Of a stretch of 64,000 nucleotides of DNA, positions 50,005 to 63,707 are shown in pieces (the stretch's first letter is position 1; each line of letters starts with the position of its first letter). Source of the DNA: Podarcis pityusensis (lineage: Eukaryota); the NCBI GenBank assembly GCA_964106645.2, contig OZ067044.1; one strand, 5' to 3'. Under the pieces are notes generated by a model. The model saw nothing but the letters and a program-made list of their open reading frames with translations. It was not told the origin of the DNA and searched no databases. Position numbers and translations under genes: made by a program.

Positions 50005-50360
50005 TTTTAAAAAATAATTTTTAATTTCAAGTAACAAAACATACCCATACAAGGAAAACAGAGCTTAGTAGTTGTCTTAACAAAGTTAATAAAAGGACAC
50101 CATGCCATATAGAAGTTATGAGTTCTGCCTCCTGCCCCAGGAAACAATATTCTATTTGTGAAATGGTTAATTTGTCCATAAGCATGAAGTCCCACACGTG
50201 TGTGATCCAGGCTTCAGAAATATTTGCATTTAAAGTTTTCGAACTTTTTGCAATCACAAATCTAGCTGCAGTTAATAAATGATGGATGAGGTCTTTATTC
50301 GTTATGTTCTTAATCTGAGGAGTTAAATATATCTTGCATCCCAACCATTAAGGTTTCAGT
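50005..50360 (-). mobile_element. L1-type LINE ORF2 C-terminal fragment
   Basis: ORF 50027-50344 reads DLIHHLLTAARFVIAKSSK...EAWITHVWDFMLMDKLT, matching the non-mammalian L1 ORF2 end (LLTAAR..IA..WK...W...W....DKLT). Confidence 0.65.
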
Positions 50361-50886
50361 CGTAAATATATTTGGAGAAAACTCCTTTGAAACCAGTGGG
50401 AATTACCCTAAGTTTAACCACATTTACTGAGAAGTATCTGTGTACCATGACCTTTACTGTACGAACAATAGATTAAGGTACATATCATATCATAATTACA
50501 TACTATACTGGAACAGATACAAAAGGTACTTGGCCCCAAAGGTAACATACTAGCTTTTAGCTTTGGGCTAAAAAATTTCTCCCCTCCTAATCATTCTTTG
50601 GCTATTAATGAGAAAAGAAACTGCATCTGAAAATTATGAAAGGGGTGAGGGCATTTTGGAGAAGTTCTCACAGGGCTTTGTTTGGGCTTATCTTGCTGTA
50701 AAAGTGGTCACTGAGTCCTTGTGAGTGTCCTCTTTAGTGGTTTGGGCCTTCCTTAAAAATAAAATCTTAGGCTCCCTGGCTTCCAATGCTTCAGGAGAAG
50801 ACACCATGAAGTAACTTCTCTCATGGACCTTTCTCAAATGAGTAATCACAGGCAGTTGAGAGAGCTGTAGTATGTTGGTGAAATTT

Positions 50887-50913
50887 AGAAAGAAAGAAAG
50901 AAAGAAAGAAATA

Positions 50914-50949
<36 letters not shown>

Positions 50950-50952
50950 AAA
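50887..50952. repeat. (AGAA)n microsatellite
   Basis: About 16 units with one ATAA interruption. Confidence 0.95.
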
Positions 50953-53066
50953 CCACACACAACACCCATGGCCAGCTCACAACAAATAGATATGCTCAAC
51001 CCCACACCCATTGCAACTGCTAAGAGGAAGAGACAGAAAACTGCAAATATCAGGTTTGGGCACAGCACAATAACAAACAGATGAAGTTGTGAATATGTCA
51101 TGCTGCTGTGGTTTTCCCAAGCTGCTAAGTAGTGTCCCACCCCAACAGCAAGGATACTGTTTTTCCTTGTGCCTTTGATTACAGTGCTTACAGACTTACT
51201 TCACACAAGTTGTGCCATGACCCAAGGATCTGCATAAGAACAAAAGGGAACCAGGATGCCTTGGACACAATGATGGTCCTTCTCAAGGAAGGACAGCCCA
51301 TTCCTCAAATCATTCACAGGTCACAACTGAGATCCCTGGTTGTCATGTTCAAAGCACATATCTACATAATCTTCATTATGACACGTGCCTTAAACAGATT
51401 AAAGCATTTGTAAATAGAGACAGAGAGAGGAAGGGAAGGGAGAGAAAACCTTTTTGCAAATCAGCTAAGACAGCTGGGTTTTCTGTGATTAAGCTAGGCT
51501 GGAAATCTGGAAATCTCACTCACAGAAATGAGCCAAACTAGTTTCCGGTTTGCCAGGAATTGAGAGTTTTCAAATCAGACAGTAATGAGGCTTCCAAAAT
51601 CCTCTCCCCACCAATCTGATCCCTTAGGAAATGGGGGACTTATGACAAACAGGTGTTTCTCAAGAGTTCACAGTGACCCAAACAGAATCATCCACCTTTC
51701 ACAGTCTAACATAGCTTTCCTGAGAAGGAAGCAGTTTGCAGGGACACTGCTTTTTCACCTTGCATTGGGACATTCTGATTGACAGGAGCCAGTGGTGGCA
51801 TTTGCAGAGAGGATTTTAAAGCACCATATTTTTTCCCCTTCCTGGTCCCCTCATCCCACTACAGCTTCTGTGATGCAGGTGGACTGCAAAAGGGCTGGCT
51901 TCAGAATCTTTACAGGATCATTATATTTAGAGGAAAGAGTTCATGATCAAGAGTAGTCTTATGTTATAAGCACCAAAGAAGTAAAGCACTGGCATCTTAC
52001 TGTGTAGTCTGTCTACTTCTGATCTTTTAAGAAAAGGATATTTTTATTATAATAAACCTGATCCAATTACAGAAAGATAAAGGATAAGGCAATAGCTTCA
52101 CTAAAGCCAATGACACATCTTCAACAGGGCAAGAACTTCCCTGCCTTTCCTAACCACATCTTCTTCTGACAGAGGAGGCTCACACTGATCACACAAAGAA
52201 GGCAGAAACAGACCAATTTCATAACTATTTGAGGGTGTGTGTGAACCTGATTCAGCACAATCTCATATTCCATTTGGTTCTGTTCTGTTAAGGTCTGGAT
52301 TCTGCACTACGAGGGATGAAGTTTAGTATAAAAAAGCCAGACACAAAAGTAGCACACACTGGCCTTGTTTCAGGGTAATGTTTTCATAAAAAATCAATCC
52401 TCCTGTAAAAACTTCAAAGCAAATATTTCTGTTCCATCACTTCTGAATCCTGCCCTGAACTATTGGGGCCCATTCCAAAACTTTGTCCCCTAAAGCAGGA
52501 ATGCAGAAGGGGTTGCCCTCAATACGTCGTTCACCTCCCAGCTCCCATCAGCCCCACCCAGCATTGCCAAAAGTAATCAAAATCAGAAGGGCCACAGGTT
52601 CCCTATCCCTGCTCTGAAAGATATGCTCTGAGCAAGCAAGGTGGGTGGGAAACACAAAGCCTGCAAAAACTCAGTGGGGCTCAGCAACCACATGGTGACG
52701 GGGAGCCAATATTTTCCGCACTGTTAATTGAAGACTTGCACAGGGCATCAGCCTTTCCCTAAGCCTATGGTTTTTCCCTGCAAGGGAACAGGAAGAAGCC
52801 CAGGTAAGAGAGGAGGAAAGAGAAGAACAAAATTAAACAAAACACTTTAAGAGTGAAACATGTGCATATGTTAGAATTCTGTACAAATGCATCTTAACTT
52901 AAGGGGATTTATACAGGAAACGTTGTGGTTTCCACCTGATAGAGGTTTGTTTCCATCATACTGCCTCTTGTATCAAGCACCCACTTAGGTCTAATTCTGT
53001 AATTTGGTTTTTGAAGACTAATTGTATGCAAAATTATATGCAAAAATTGCATATATTATACATATA

Positions 53067-53306
53067 CAGTGGTACCTCGGGTAAGTACTTAAATGGTCCC
53101 GGGATCCGTTCTTAACCTGAAACTGTTCTTAACCTGAAGCATTACTTTAGTTAATGGAGCCTCCTGCTGCTGCCGCGCCGCTGGAGCACGATTTCTGTTC
53201 TCATCTTGAAGCAAAGTTCTTAACTGGAGGTAATATTTATGGGTTAGCGGAGTCTGTAACCTGAAGTGTATGTAACCTGAAGCGTATGTAACCCGAGGTA
53301 CCACTG
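53067..53306. mobile_element. Tigger/pogo-like MITE (family A)
   Basis: TA | cagtggtacctcgggt ... acccgaggtaccactg | TA. Interior homologous to 41538. Confidence 0.95.
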
Positions 53307-54345
53307 TAACACATTTGCAATACCATATTTCTGCAACATAATTTTCTAAGTATTAACACTTAAGTATTTTTATACTGTTGTATGCATTGCTGCATGTATG
53401 TTTCTGTGTTACCGTAGTTACTTTACGAAACTGGAAGTGTGTATACATACATACATACATACATGCATACAGTATATGAGAATTGTTCATATTTTTAGTG
53501 GAATTGATAAGAAAAAAAACAAACCCTTTCTTCTTGTCAAGATCAAAGAGCAAGATGGAAATTTTAAAACATCAAAATTTTCAGAAAATTCCATCCCTAA
53601 CAGCAACATAAATCTACTAATTACAGCACCATCAGTGACTTCTCTGTGAAAGTAATTGCTTTCAAAGTATTGCTCAACATAATTTGTTGTGAAGGAAAGA
53701 TTTCAAAGGAATGTGAGTCCAGATCATACTGTGAAACGTTCTGCTCCTCCACTTCTTTAGGATTTAGAAAATGATGGGAAATCAATATATACAGTATTGA
53801 GGGTGGGTTTTCTTTTTGACAGACAGAGTAATCATGTCTTGTTTGGTTTGACATCATAAAACAGATAAAGCTGCGACAGATAAATGCTAATCTGCCATTT
53901 GCAGCTGGTGAACAAATGGCAATGCACCCTCCATCAATTGCGCAGGGTGGCTTAGTACATAAACTAGATTAGAAATGAATGTGCTGGTCAGATTTTAGGG
54001 AAAGTGGTCTCTTATGTACACACATAGTGTTGTTCAGCGTTAATGTACATTGACAGTTCTCTAATTTGCTGATTGTGCATCTCCTTTCTGGCTACAAAGG
54101 CAGGGGGGAAATATCTCATCTGCTGCAACTAGTCTTATTAAAATGAACATATTTTTTTCATTTTTAAAAATGGAGTTATCAGAAAATCACCTCTTGGTAA
54201 ATTCTAATTAAGTATCATTTGAAAAATCTACAAAAAATAGATCATAATTCTAAGATCAAAGGACACAATCCAGGCAAACTGAAACACTTTCAAGTCCCAA
54301 TGATTTCAAAGTTTGGGAACTTATAACAAATTCTATAAGGATTTG

Positions 54346-54602
54346 AAAGAAGAGGAAGAAGAAGAAGAGTTTGGATTTGATATCCCGCTTTATCACTACC
54401 TGAAGGAGTCTCAAAGCGGTTAACATTCTCCTTTCCCTTGCTCCCCCACAACAAACACTCTGTGAGGTGAGTGAGGCTGAGAGACTTCAGAGAAGTGTGA
54501 CTGGCCCAAGGTCATCCAGCAGCTGCATGTGGAGGAGCGGAGACGCGAACCCAGTTCCACAGATTATGAGTCTACTGCTCTTAACCACTACACCACACTG
54601 GC
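54346..54602 (-). mobile_element. Squam3-like SINE, young subfamily, full length
   Basis: Near-identical to 13958-14201, with (CTT)n tail and tRNA-like head. Confidence 0.9.
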
Positions 54603-54916
54603 TTAGCATAGTTATATCCCTTGTGCTGGAGAATGCATTTCTTATAACACTTGGGGGGGGGGCTTCCACTTGTCCTGTGCCTAGAAAGCACAGGTCTGAG
54701 TGTTTTTCTGCTTCTCCTATGATTTCTAGGCACGGGTCCAAGCAGCTTTGCCTTTGCAGCACCGTTTCCCCCCAGAAAACCTGCTCTTTAGCATTACATC
54801 AGAGCAAACATTAATCTGGAGAAAACCTGATTGATGTTTGCTCGGATTCAGCAGTAAGCAGTGGGTTTTCCCAGGGGAAAGCGGTGGGGAAAGTGGACGT
54901 GTGGATGAGCCCTTTA

Positions 54917-55266
54917 AAAGGTAAAGGTAAAGGGACCCCTGACCGTTAGGTCCAGTCACGGACGACTCTGGGGTTGCAGTGCTCATCTCACTTTATTGGC
55001 CAAGGGAGCCAGCGTACTGCTTCCAGGTCATGTGGCCAGCATGACTAAGCTGCTTCTGGCAAACCTGAGCAGTGCACGGAAACGCCGTTTACCTTCCCGC
55101 CGGAGTGGTACCTATTTATCTACTTGCACTTTGACATGCTTTCGAACTGCTAAGTTGGCAGGAGCAGGGACTGAGCAATGGGAGCTCACCCCATTGCAGG
55201 GATTCGAACCGCCGACCTTCTGATCGGCAAGCCCTAGGTTCTGTGGTTTAGACCACAGCGCCACCC
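54917..55266 (-). mobile_element. Sauria SINE (Squam1), essentially full length
   Basis: Head on - gggtggcgctgtggtctaaacc (A box) ... ggttcgaatccc (B box), with (ACCTTT)n tail. Confidence 0.95.
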
Positions 55267-56043
55267 TTAGTGCTGCTATTTTTGAATGTCTGAAGTGTTT
55301 CAATTTATTTTGTGATTTAAGTTTTATAAAGAAAAAGATAAAACAGGGTTATATGAACATATCACTCACCGGAGCTGATGGGAGTTGTAATCTCTGCAGG
55401 GCATCAGGTTGCGGAAGGCTTGTTTGTTTGTTTTTTTGTTTGTTTATTATTAATCAGGATCACCATAATAATTAATTGTAACATGTAGCCATTATATAGC
55501 ACCTACACTCTGTGCTGTACAGAAAAGAATTAACATGGATTGAATCTGCCCTATAGACTCACACTCTAACTGCACAATCCCTTATATATCTATTCACAAG
55601 AATGTTCCTCTAAATTAAATGGAATTGGGGCTGGATCCTATATACACTCTCACCTGAGGGTAAGTCACACAGGGAGTAAGACTCACACAGTGTGAGTCCC
55701 TTCAGAGTAGAAATGTAAAGGATTGTGCTGTTACTCCCAAAATAATTAAAAAAAACAACCAGAAATGAAGGAGAGGAAGAGATAAGACAAGGGACCTAGA
55801 AAGACTGAAATGCCAAGATGAAACATGTTACAGGAAGCAAGAACACCTTTTTGTCTGGCATGTATCACTTGTGAACTTCATTAATAGTGGAAAGAAAGCA
55901 GAGGCTTGCTGTTTTAAATTCAATGAGCGTTCCAGCCGAAATAAACAGGTTTTAAATTCGTATTACAGGTGTGATAATTGCAAATCATGGTTTAGGAGTA
56001 GTTTGTGAAGCAGCCCAAGATTACCTAGCTTTTGCAGCTGTAC

Positions 56044-56167
56044 TAGGGCTGCCATATGTCTGGAATTTCCCGGACATATATGGGATTCACCCGTCAGAAA
56101 TGTCCGGGGAAACCCATGTCAGAAGTGTTGATTTTTGGCAAAAAAAAAGCAAAAAATGGCAACCGTA
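56044..56167. mobile_element. hAT Blackjack-like MITE, 124 bp
   Basis: TIRs tagggctgccat / atggcaaccgta. 8-bp TSD agctgtac / agctatac. Confidence 0.8.
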
Positions 56168-59100
56168 AGCTATACACACACATCTTTCTTGCTGGCATTA
56201 AACATCTCACACTTAAAACTGTTTCCAAGATAAAACACATATACATGGAGAAAGAAATCTTGGGTAGCTTTTCAAGAACTCAGATATGCGTACATTTGTT
56301 CAGAAGGAAGTGCTGCTGGTCTTCCTGAAACGTATAGCTAGGCACAACTGCAGCCCGAGGGTGCAATTCTATGCTTGTTTTCCAGGATGTAAGTCTTGTG
56401 GAGCTTACATCTGAGTAAATATACCTAGGATTGTGTGGAGCCTCTATTTTTAATCAGGAAAATATTTGTTTTGAGAGCAAAAAAGAAGTCATGCGTTTGA
56501 TCCCAAAAGACCCAGCGAAAGAACTGCAGCGGTTCAAAACGGTATCTTTGCCCTGTGCCAGCTTCTTTGACATTGCTCTTTCAAGTGACAAACATAATCT
56601 CATAGTGTGCCTAAGCTTCTCCAGACAAATCGTACAAGCTTTGCTCCTTCATCAATATCCAGCCTCAGGTTTTATGACCTGGGGACAGTGACTGCTTCAG
56701 GACATCCCGCACATGGCAACAGACATCTTGATGACACCAACTCTTGCACATTGATGTTTAACGATCTCTTGTATTATTTTTGGCTGTTGACTTTCTAAAC
56801 CCATCAAAGCAGATTACAGCCACTTATAGTGTTCATGTCTTCTGAGTCCTCTCTGCTCAGCTTAATTCAGCAAGGAAAAGCACCTTATCTGCCAGATATT
56901 CACCTTTCCCTGCCGCTCCTTTTCCCTCCAAAAATGTGTTTTGATCCTTCTGTCAATCTCAGCCCTCTGAGCATGTACAGCCCTCTGTACATGCATCAAG
57001 GGCTACCTTGCTTTTAAAATAAGCAATTAGATTTTATTGGGCACTGTTAGGCAGTGCAGCAGTATTCATGATGATGATTACTAAGGATGACCATAAGCTA
57101 TCTCATAGTTAAAAGGAAACTTGGTGATGCTATGTTTTATGTTCGGTTAAGTTGTTAAATGTTATCTTAGGCCAGGCATGGCCAAACTTGGCCCTCCATC
57201 TGTTTTGGGTTTCCTCACTGACCATGAATTAAATTTGGCCCATAATATCTAACATTGTATCTTGTCTGCTAGGTATTTCACAGCATGTCAAAACCTGCTA
57301 ATTAAGAAAGAGGGGTCCCCCCCCCATAACAAAAGGAAATTAACTAAAATGCTGACATTGTATCACTGTTCCCCACCCCATCAAGAAATATTTCAAATAA
57401 ATAAAAAATACATGTCATCTATTAGTAGTCCAAGCTGTTTCTCAGAATTTAACTTGGGCACAGCTGTGCCATGGAGAAATAATCTGTGTCCGGCAATTAA
57501 TCCAGGGGGAGTAGAGGCTGTAGCTAAAGAAAATGTGAGCTCCTTTATGCACCATTTGCCATCATGGGTCCCCTGGGTTGGCAAAAAGAAAAAGACGGAG
57601 AGAGGTTTGTCTGAGATGAACATGCCCTGCTGCTTTGTTTTCTCCTTGCAGAAAGATGACACGCTGCATTTTCTGCAGGGAAAATTTACTGCTGCTTGAC
57701 TAAAATTAGATAGTCCACATTTACACTTAGAGTTTATGTCATTATCCCAGGAACGGTGTGGGAGTATAAACCCATAATCTCTGCACAGACAGGGAATGGA
57801 TGAGGACTGCACTGAATAAATGCAACAGCTGCATAAATTCCCTTCTCAACATTGAGCTTATTTTTGTGATAAACTAAAGGGGGGGGGGGAGAGAAGGGGA
57901 GGAAGGAACCTACAAGTAAGGGGGGGGGGGGAACCTAGCAACCAGCACACCACATCTATACCGAATATATAATTACGTCTGTCTGATGTTTAACTGCTCA
58001 CCAGTCTTGGGCTTTTCCAGGCAACACTATAGCTAGTAATATCCCCAGTCCAACATGAGCACAGAAATATATTATCCTCAAACAGGCTGGGTAGGGGATA
58101 ATAACCATGTGTTCATTGGAAAAGGGAACCACAGCATTGCTGGGCAGGGGACTCAATTGGATTTTAAAAAATAAATAAAGAGTGCATGTTTGGGAATACA
58201 ACTGCTAAAAAAAAGATGTCAGGGGATTATTGTGCATAGATAGGAATGACAGCCTTCTTGGAGTGCTGAGGGGATTTCCTTTTCCTGTCCCTCATTTAAA
58301 AACAAACACAACAGCTGAAATGTCCATTGGGTAGTGAGAATGGATATTTCATGGATATTAGCCTGTAGGAAACACCAATGATGTCACAGACACTTGCCAA
58401 TAGTTGCCCCTGACAATCATGCAAATCCAGATCTCATAGCCTTCTCTCATAGCCTTCCAAACTCAAATAGCTATGCAACATGATCAGGTGCAGAGATGTA
58501 CACTATGTTTTTCCAGTGGTGGTATCACACATAGCAGGCTGAGTGCTGGAAAATGCTATTTTCCTACAAAAGCCAGGACCAGCTCTACTACCAAGGAAAG
58601 TCAGACAGCAGATACTGAGGTCAGGGGGCAGCAGCAAAAAGTTGGAGGACAGAAATGTGTGTGTGTCACACAGAACATCTCCACCCATGTCCCCTAAATA
58701 AGTCTGCAGGTACACTGTTGAAAGTTAAGATTCAACTGTCAGTCCACCACCAAAATGTCTTCCGCTAGCCCTGACTGCAGCAATACTAGCTGGAGGGCAG
58801 ATGTCTGATTCCCCTGTAGCAACTAACAACTACACATGCATCGATTATTTAGAAAGGCTCTTGCAATAATCTTAACACAGAGACTTAAGAGCATTGCCTA
58901 AAACAAAGTCCAAAGCCACAGCATGAGTTTACAATGTTCGCTGGTGAAGGGATGATGAAACACTTGCCAGATTCACTTTACAGATGGTCAAATACTTAAT
59001 AGATAACAAAGTGTTGCCACATGTAATGACTTTTTATGGATTTTCTGATTTTCTTAAAACCGCTGAAAGCTTCACAGCACTGCCATATGGGTCTAGCTGG

Positions 59101-59639
59101 AAACTTTTCCACAGCTAGATTTCAGGCTACTGGTTGAATCTGCTAGCGACAGGCTGCACATTTTGACCATAAGGCAACCATGACTAGAAACAGACCAAAT
59201 CCATAGCTATTGTTTTATGAATCTGTCAAATCCCAGCCGCTCCCGTGTTTGTAAGCCCTGTGGGCAGCTGAGCCTTCACAGCAAAACCTGAAGAAGAGCT
59301 TCATGTTTCTCTCAGTGGTTGTAAGACATTCTGATTCGTCATAAATTCATCTGATCAGATGAAAATGAAAACTGCTGCAGAATCAGGGGTGTTCAAATGC
59401 TATATGTTTGCTCCTTTTGACTCTGTCTGAAGTCTTCCGCCTGCCACGTATGTGGAGCTATTAGATTGTGCAGCCAAGCTGGCACATGATAGAAAAAGAC
59501 AACTAAACTCCCTCTCTCACACACTAAAACTGGACGGCAGATGTGTCTGCTTTCAAGTAATATCCAACTCACTCTCTCCTTTTGAGTTGAGTCATAGTAG
59601 GATCCATCCTAATGACAATACCAGAGAATGTGTCCAGGG

Positions 59640-59652
59640 GTTGCTAGGCAAC
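59640..59652. promoter_or_regulatory. RFX X-box motif GTTGCTAGGCAAC
   Basis: Full inverted GTTGC-NNN-GCAAC in non-repeat sequence. Motif match only. Confidence 0.45.
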
Positions 59653-61281
59653 AGTGCTACGTTTGCTCCGGTCCCTTGCTAAAATGGCTGGCAGATATGG
59701 GGTTGAAGTCTTTGGGGAATTAAGGCACAGACAGCTGAAGCCTCACTGCTTGGGGACTTCTGCATTTCCAGCACCTGGGCCTCATATTGGCTTGGCAGAT
59801 ATTTTGGCCTTTTGGCCTCGCATACTGCCTACAATCAGACTCTGACTGTTGTGTGCTGGCCTTGGTTTAGGAAACTGTGATGTTTGATTATGTTATTATG
59901 CTTTATTAAAATATTTATTAATTTTATTATGTATTGATTTGATCACTTAGGGGATATAACTGTTGGAAACTGCCCTTCTACTGAAAAAAATAACAAAGCA
60001 GATGATGTGCTTCCCTCATCTCCATATGCTTTCTGGCGTATACAGCAAAGATAATGATGGCACACACCTACCAACAACCAGTGATGTTCCACTGGCCCAT
60101 TTCAGACATTATGTGAATGAAGTTGATGGTGAAATTCCTCCTTCACTTCAGTTTTTTTGCACTTACAGAGAGTGGGAAGTTTTGCTTTCAATTTTAAACA
60201 GGCTACAGTTTCCCATGACACCCAGATTGAAGGTACTGTGGTTTGTTTAAACTATGGTTAGTGAGAAAATGCCAAGATCAAACCTTGCTTTCAGATCCTA
60301 GCTTATACTGAAACCATAGCTTTAATAAATGGTTCCCTGAACTTGGATGCCAGAGGAACTGTGTATTATTTAAAACTGGAAAAAGATTCTTCCAGTCTTC
60401 TCCTCTGGTATACAAAAGAGGAGGAAAGGTAAAAGGGGTGTGCAAGCCTAATGATCACTGTGGCTCAAGTAGTGGAAGCCCATGGTCTCCTATAATGTCT
60501 AAAGTGTACCTAACACCTTGATAGACTGGAATCTATCAATGGACTGAAAGTAAGTAACTAGTTGTCAAATAAACCACATTTTCAAGGAATCCTTATGAAT
60601 GTGTAGGCTTGATGATGGAGTACTTGTTATGAAGAATGAACACACTGTGTGCTGTTCCATATGATGCTGATCAAGATTATATAATTATCTACAGAATGAA
60701 AGCAGCTAATTATTGCTAACCTCAATCTTTAGACACAGAAAACACCATTTTGTCCTTCCATCTATTGTCATTTTGATGTATAATAGCAGAAACCCTTAAA
60801 CCCTTACATTTTACCGGTACAAGACAGGCTTTGTAGTAGTTTTAGAAATACATTACAATTATTTCTACAACTGTGCACCACATGTTGAATTCCCTGAGAA
60901 GTTAAATCTCCAGAGCTAAAAGTGCCAAATGATGTAGATTTACTGTTTAAGTCCTTTTTTTTTTAAAGCCAACTCTGCTTCAATGAAAATTCCTACATAA
61001 TACTTAAGGGCTTTCAAGATCACTTTCTACAGATAACTTTACAGTATTTCGGCTTACCAGGCTGGGAGCCACATTTCTCATTTGTGTTCTCACCTTCCAT
61101 GGGGGCGAATGCAGAAGTCCTGCTGGATTCCCATGAAGCATAACAGTATCTACATCCATGGTCCTACAGCCCAGGCCGTCCACAGAAGATGAAAACCCAG
61201 CAAGCAGCAGGTGAAGGAAGCAGTAGCAAACATGCTTCACTAAGGCTGGAATGGCTCATGCATGGGCCCACCAGTTGCTGC

Positions 61282-61282
<1 letters not shown>

Positions 61283-61341
<59 letters not shown>

Positions 61342-61346
61342 CTTTC
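61283..61346. repeat. (TTTC)n microsatellite
   Basis: About 15 units. Confidence 0.95.
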
Positions 61347-62197
61347 AACCTCTTTTAGTCGGGGGGTGGGGTGGGTGGGTTGGCCAGGTATATGCATGGT
61401 TACAATTATCATTTTATTATGCTTAAAGAATATGTTAACCTTTTCTGTAAAAAAGTAGTCTCCTCCCCGGAAATGTGTTCATTATCAGGACAACAGAAGC
61501 AACCACCAGTGCACATTTCTGAATTTGAGGTTGTACATGGGATCCTGGGTTCTGAATCTAGGGCAACAATAATGTTAAAAATGTGTAGCAATATCCATAC
61601 CACAGTGGCCATAACAAAGGATAATCAATTGATGTCAATGAAGATTTTTTGATTCATATAAATCTGCTAAATTAAGTCTGTAGTCATGCCACCACTTCCT
61701 GCAAAAGGAGCACATCCAGCTTTAGGAAAACTGAGATTTTGATTCGAAACTTGACTGCTCAGGCACATCTCGTTAAATTGAAGAAAATCTTTAATATCTT
61801 CCCACTCTCAGCTGTACTGGGGAATTACAGAGCAAACCTCTTTGTGTTTTTCTCCCATTAGGATTTATACAACATCTCGGAGCATCAGTGCATTAGATGA
61901 TTATGTAAAATGATTGGTGCATGGGATTACTCATCATCACATGACCTGCTTGCACTTGGGAAAAATCTTTTGATTTCCCCTTTTTATCTGAAAAAGTTGC
62001 TAACACGTAATAGTTATTTTAAATCCTAAGGACCTTATATCCATCCTACGTTAAAGTTCGAAATGAAAAATCTATATTATCTCATGTTTTTAGTATTTTA
62101 AGGTTGTCCTTAAAGATTCTCCACCTTCACCCTAACACTGATTGATCAGGCTAAGAATTGTGGGTATTAAATAACATATTAGCCTTTTTATGACACT

Positions 62198-62305
62198 GAG
62201 GCCATCTGTCATGGATGGTTTAGTTAAGATTCCTACACTGCAGGGGTTGGACTACATGACCCTCATGGTTTCTTTCAACTCTACCATTCCCTGATTATAT
62301 GATTC
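62198..62305 (+). mobile_element. CR1 LINE extreme 3' end
   Basis: ggccatctgtcatggatg...gattcctacactgcaggggttggactacatgaccctc...caactcta, antisense of 9515-9610. Confidence 0.75.
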
Positions 62306-63644
62306 TCACACACTACATTTTCTTTTTTAAATGATGTGTAATACACTCTTTGGTCTTGAACTCATTCTCTATGTTTGTCAGTCTCGATCCAGCCCTATAT
62401 CTTGTCAGGGACACATGAGAGGTGAAAATAAAGGCTCATTGCTTTTCAAATGAATTCGGTTTTCTGCTTAATCTCCAATAGAATGGCAGCTATCCAGCAA
62501 TACACAAACCCTTTCACCTTGTGACTAGGAAGAAGCTTCCCTGTGAACTCTTCCTGGGTCACTTATTTTTTAAAGTAGTTTCTGCAACATTTTAGCCTAC
62601 TGTTGCTGACCTGTTTGCAAAATTTGTTTCAATTCTTTTTTAAAGGAGCCTTACTTGCAAAAGTGCCCATCAAACATGGATGATTAAAAGAAAGGCTCAG
62701 TGCTCGACTTCCTACCCTTTCCCTTCATTCAGAAACATTTTATGACCCTAAAAGTGTCTGATATGCCTTTCTTCCTTGAATTCACAGAAACAAAGGACGA
62801 GAAGAACACAGCTATATGTTGCTGCTGCTGCTGCTATTGTAAAACAAGAAAAAATTGTGCAAAGCCCATGTGGGGGCTCTGACAGTCACCAGCTGTCACA
62901 AAGCAAAGCAGAGTGCTTTTGGCAGCATTGTTAGGAACTGGCCCAGCTGCGCTCCATCACTGGCCCAGGTAACAAGCTGAGCTACACTGATTTTGCAAGC
63001 CACTGAAGACTTCTTGACATTTCCCCCGAGTGTCTCCTTACAACTCCACTTCTCCTAATTAGCTTCATCTCCTGGCTGTCCGGGGCTAGTTGCATCTGCT
63101 TCAGATGTGTAAATGGTGACGAACATGTGTGGGGATACATTTAGGTTGATTGGCTGTTGAGACTGATAGTGCAAACTTCAAATCAACTGGATAAATAAGG
63201 CTGATGTCATGATGGCTGGAGGAAGCTTTCTTGGAAGGAAGCTGAGTTTTATACTGGCTCTCGCTGAAAAGCTGCCCAAGATGGAACAGCACTTAGAATT
63301 CATAAATTGGAAAAGGAACAGCACATGGTATAACAAATACAACCTCTGAAAGACCTTTCAGGGATATTTTTTTTTTTTTTTTTTGTAATAGTAACCAAAA
63401 TAGCAAGAGGCAATTCAACAACCTGACTAGGAAATATATGTAAAAACAAAGAACAAACCTACAGTTAATCTATAGTGCTTGCTAACGTGGGATGCTGTCA
63501 AGGTGAATAGGCTTTTAATTGGACTCTCAAATGAAATGTTTTTGCTCAGCAATGTCTTCCTTTAAAGAAATTAGTTGATCAATTATCCTACTATAGTGTT
63601 AGGGGTGGATTTTTTTCTTGTTTGTATTGTGAGACAAGTGGTAT

Positions 63645-63707
63645 TTTCCAGGTGATGATGTTTGGATGATTGCCTTTCCAGGTGATGATGTTTGGATGAT
63701 TGCCTTT
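63645..63707. repeat. Perfect 30-bp tandem duplication
   Basis: tttccaggtgatgatgtttggatgattgcc x2 followed by ttt. Confidence 0.95.

Noticed and set aside
50872-51084. Lys/Glu/Arg-rich ORF (also 61164-61412)
   Set aside because: Translation of (AAAG)n microsatellites.
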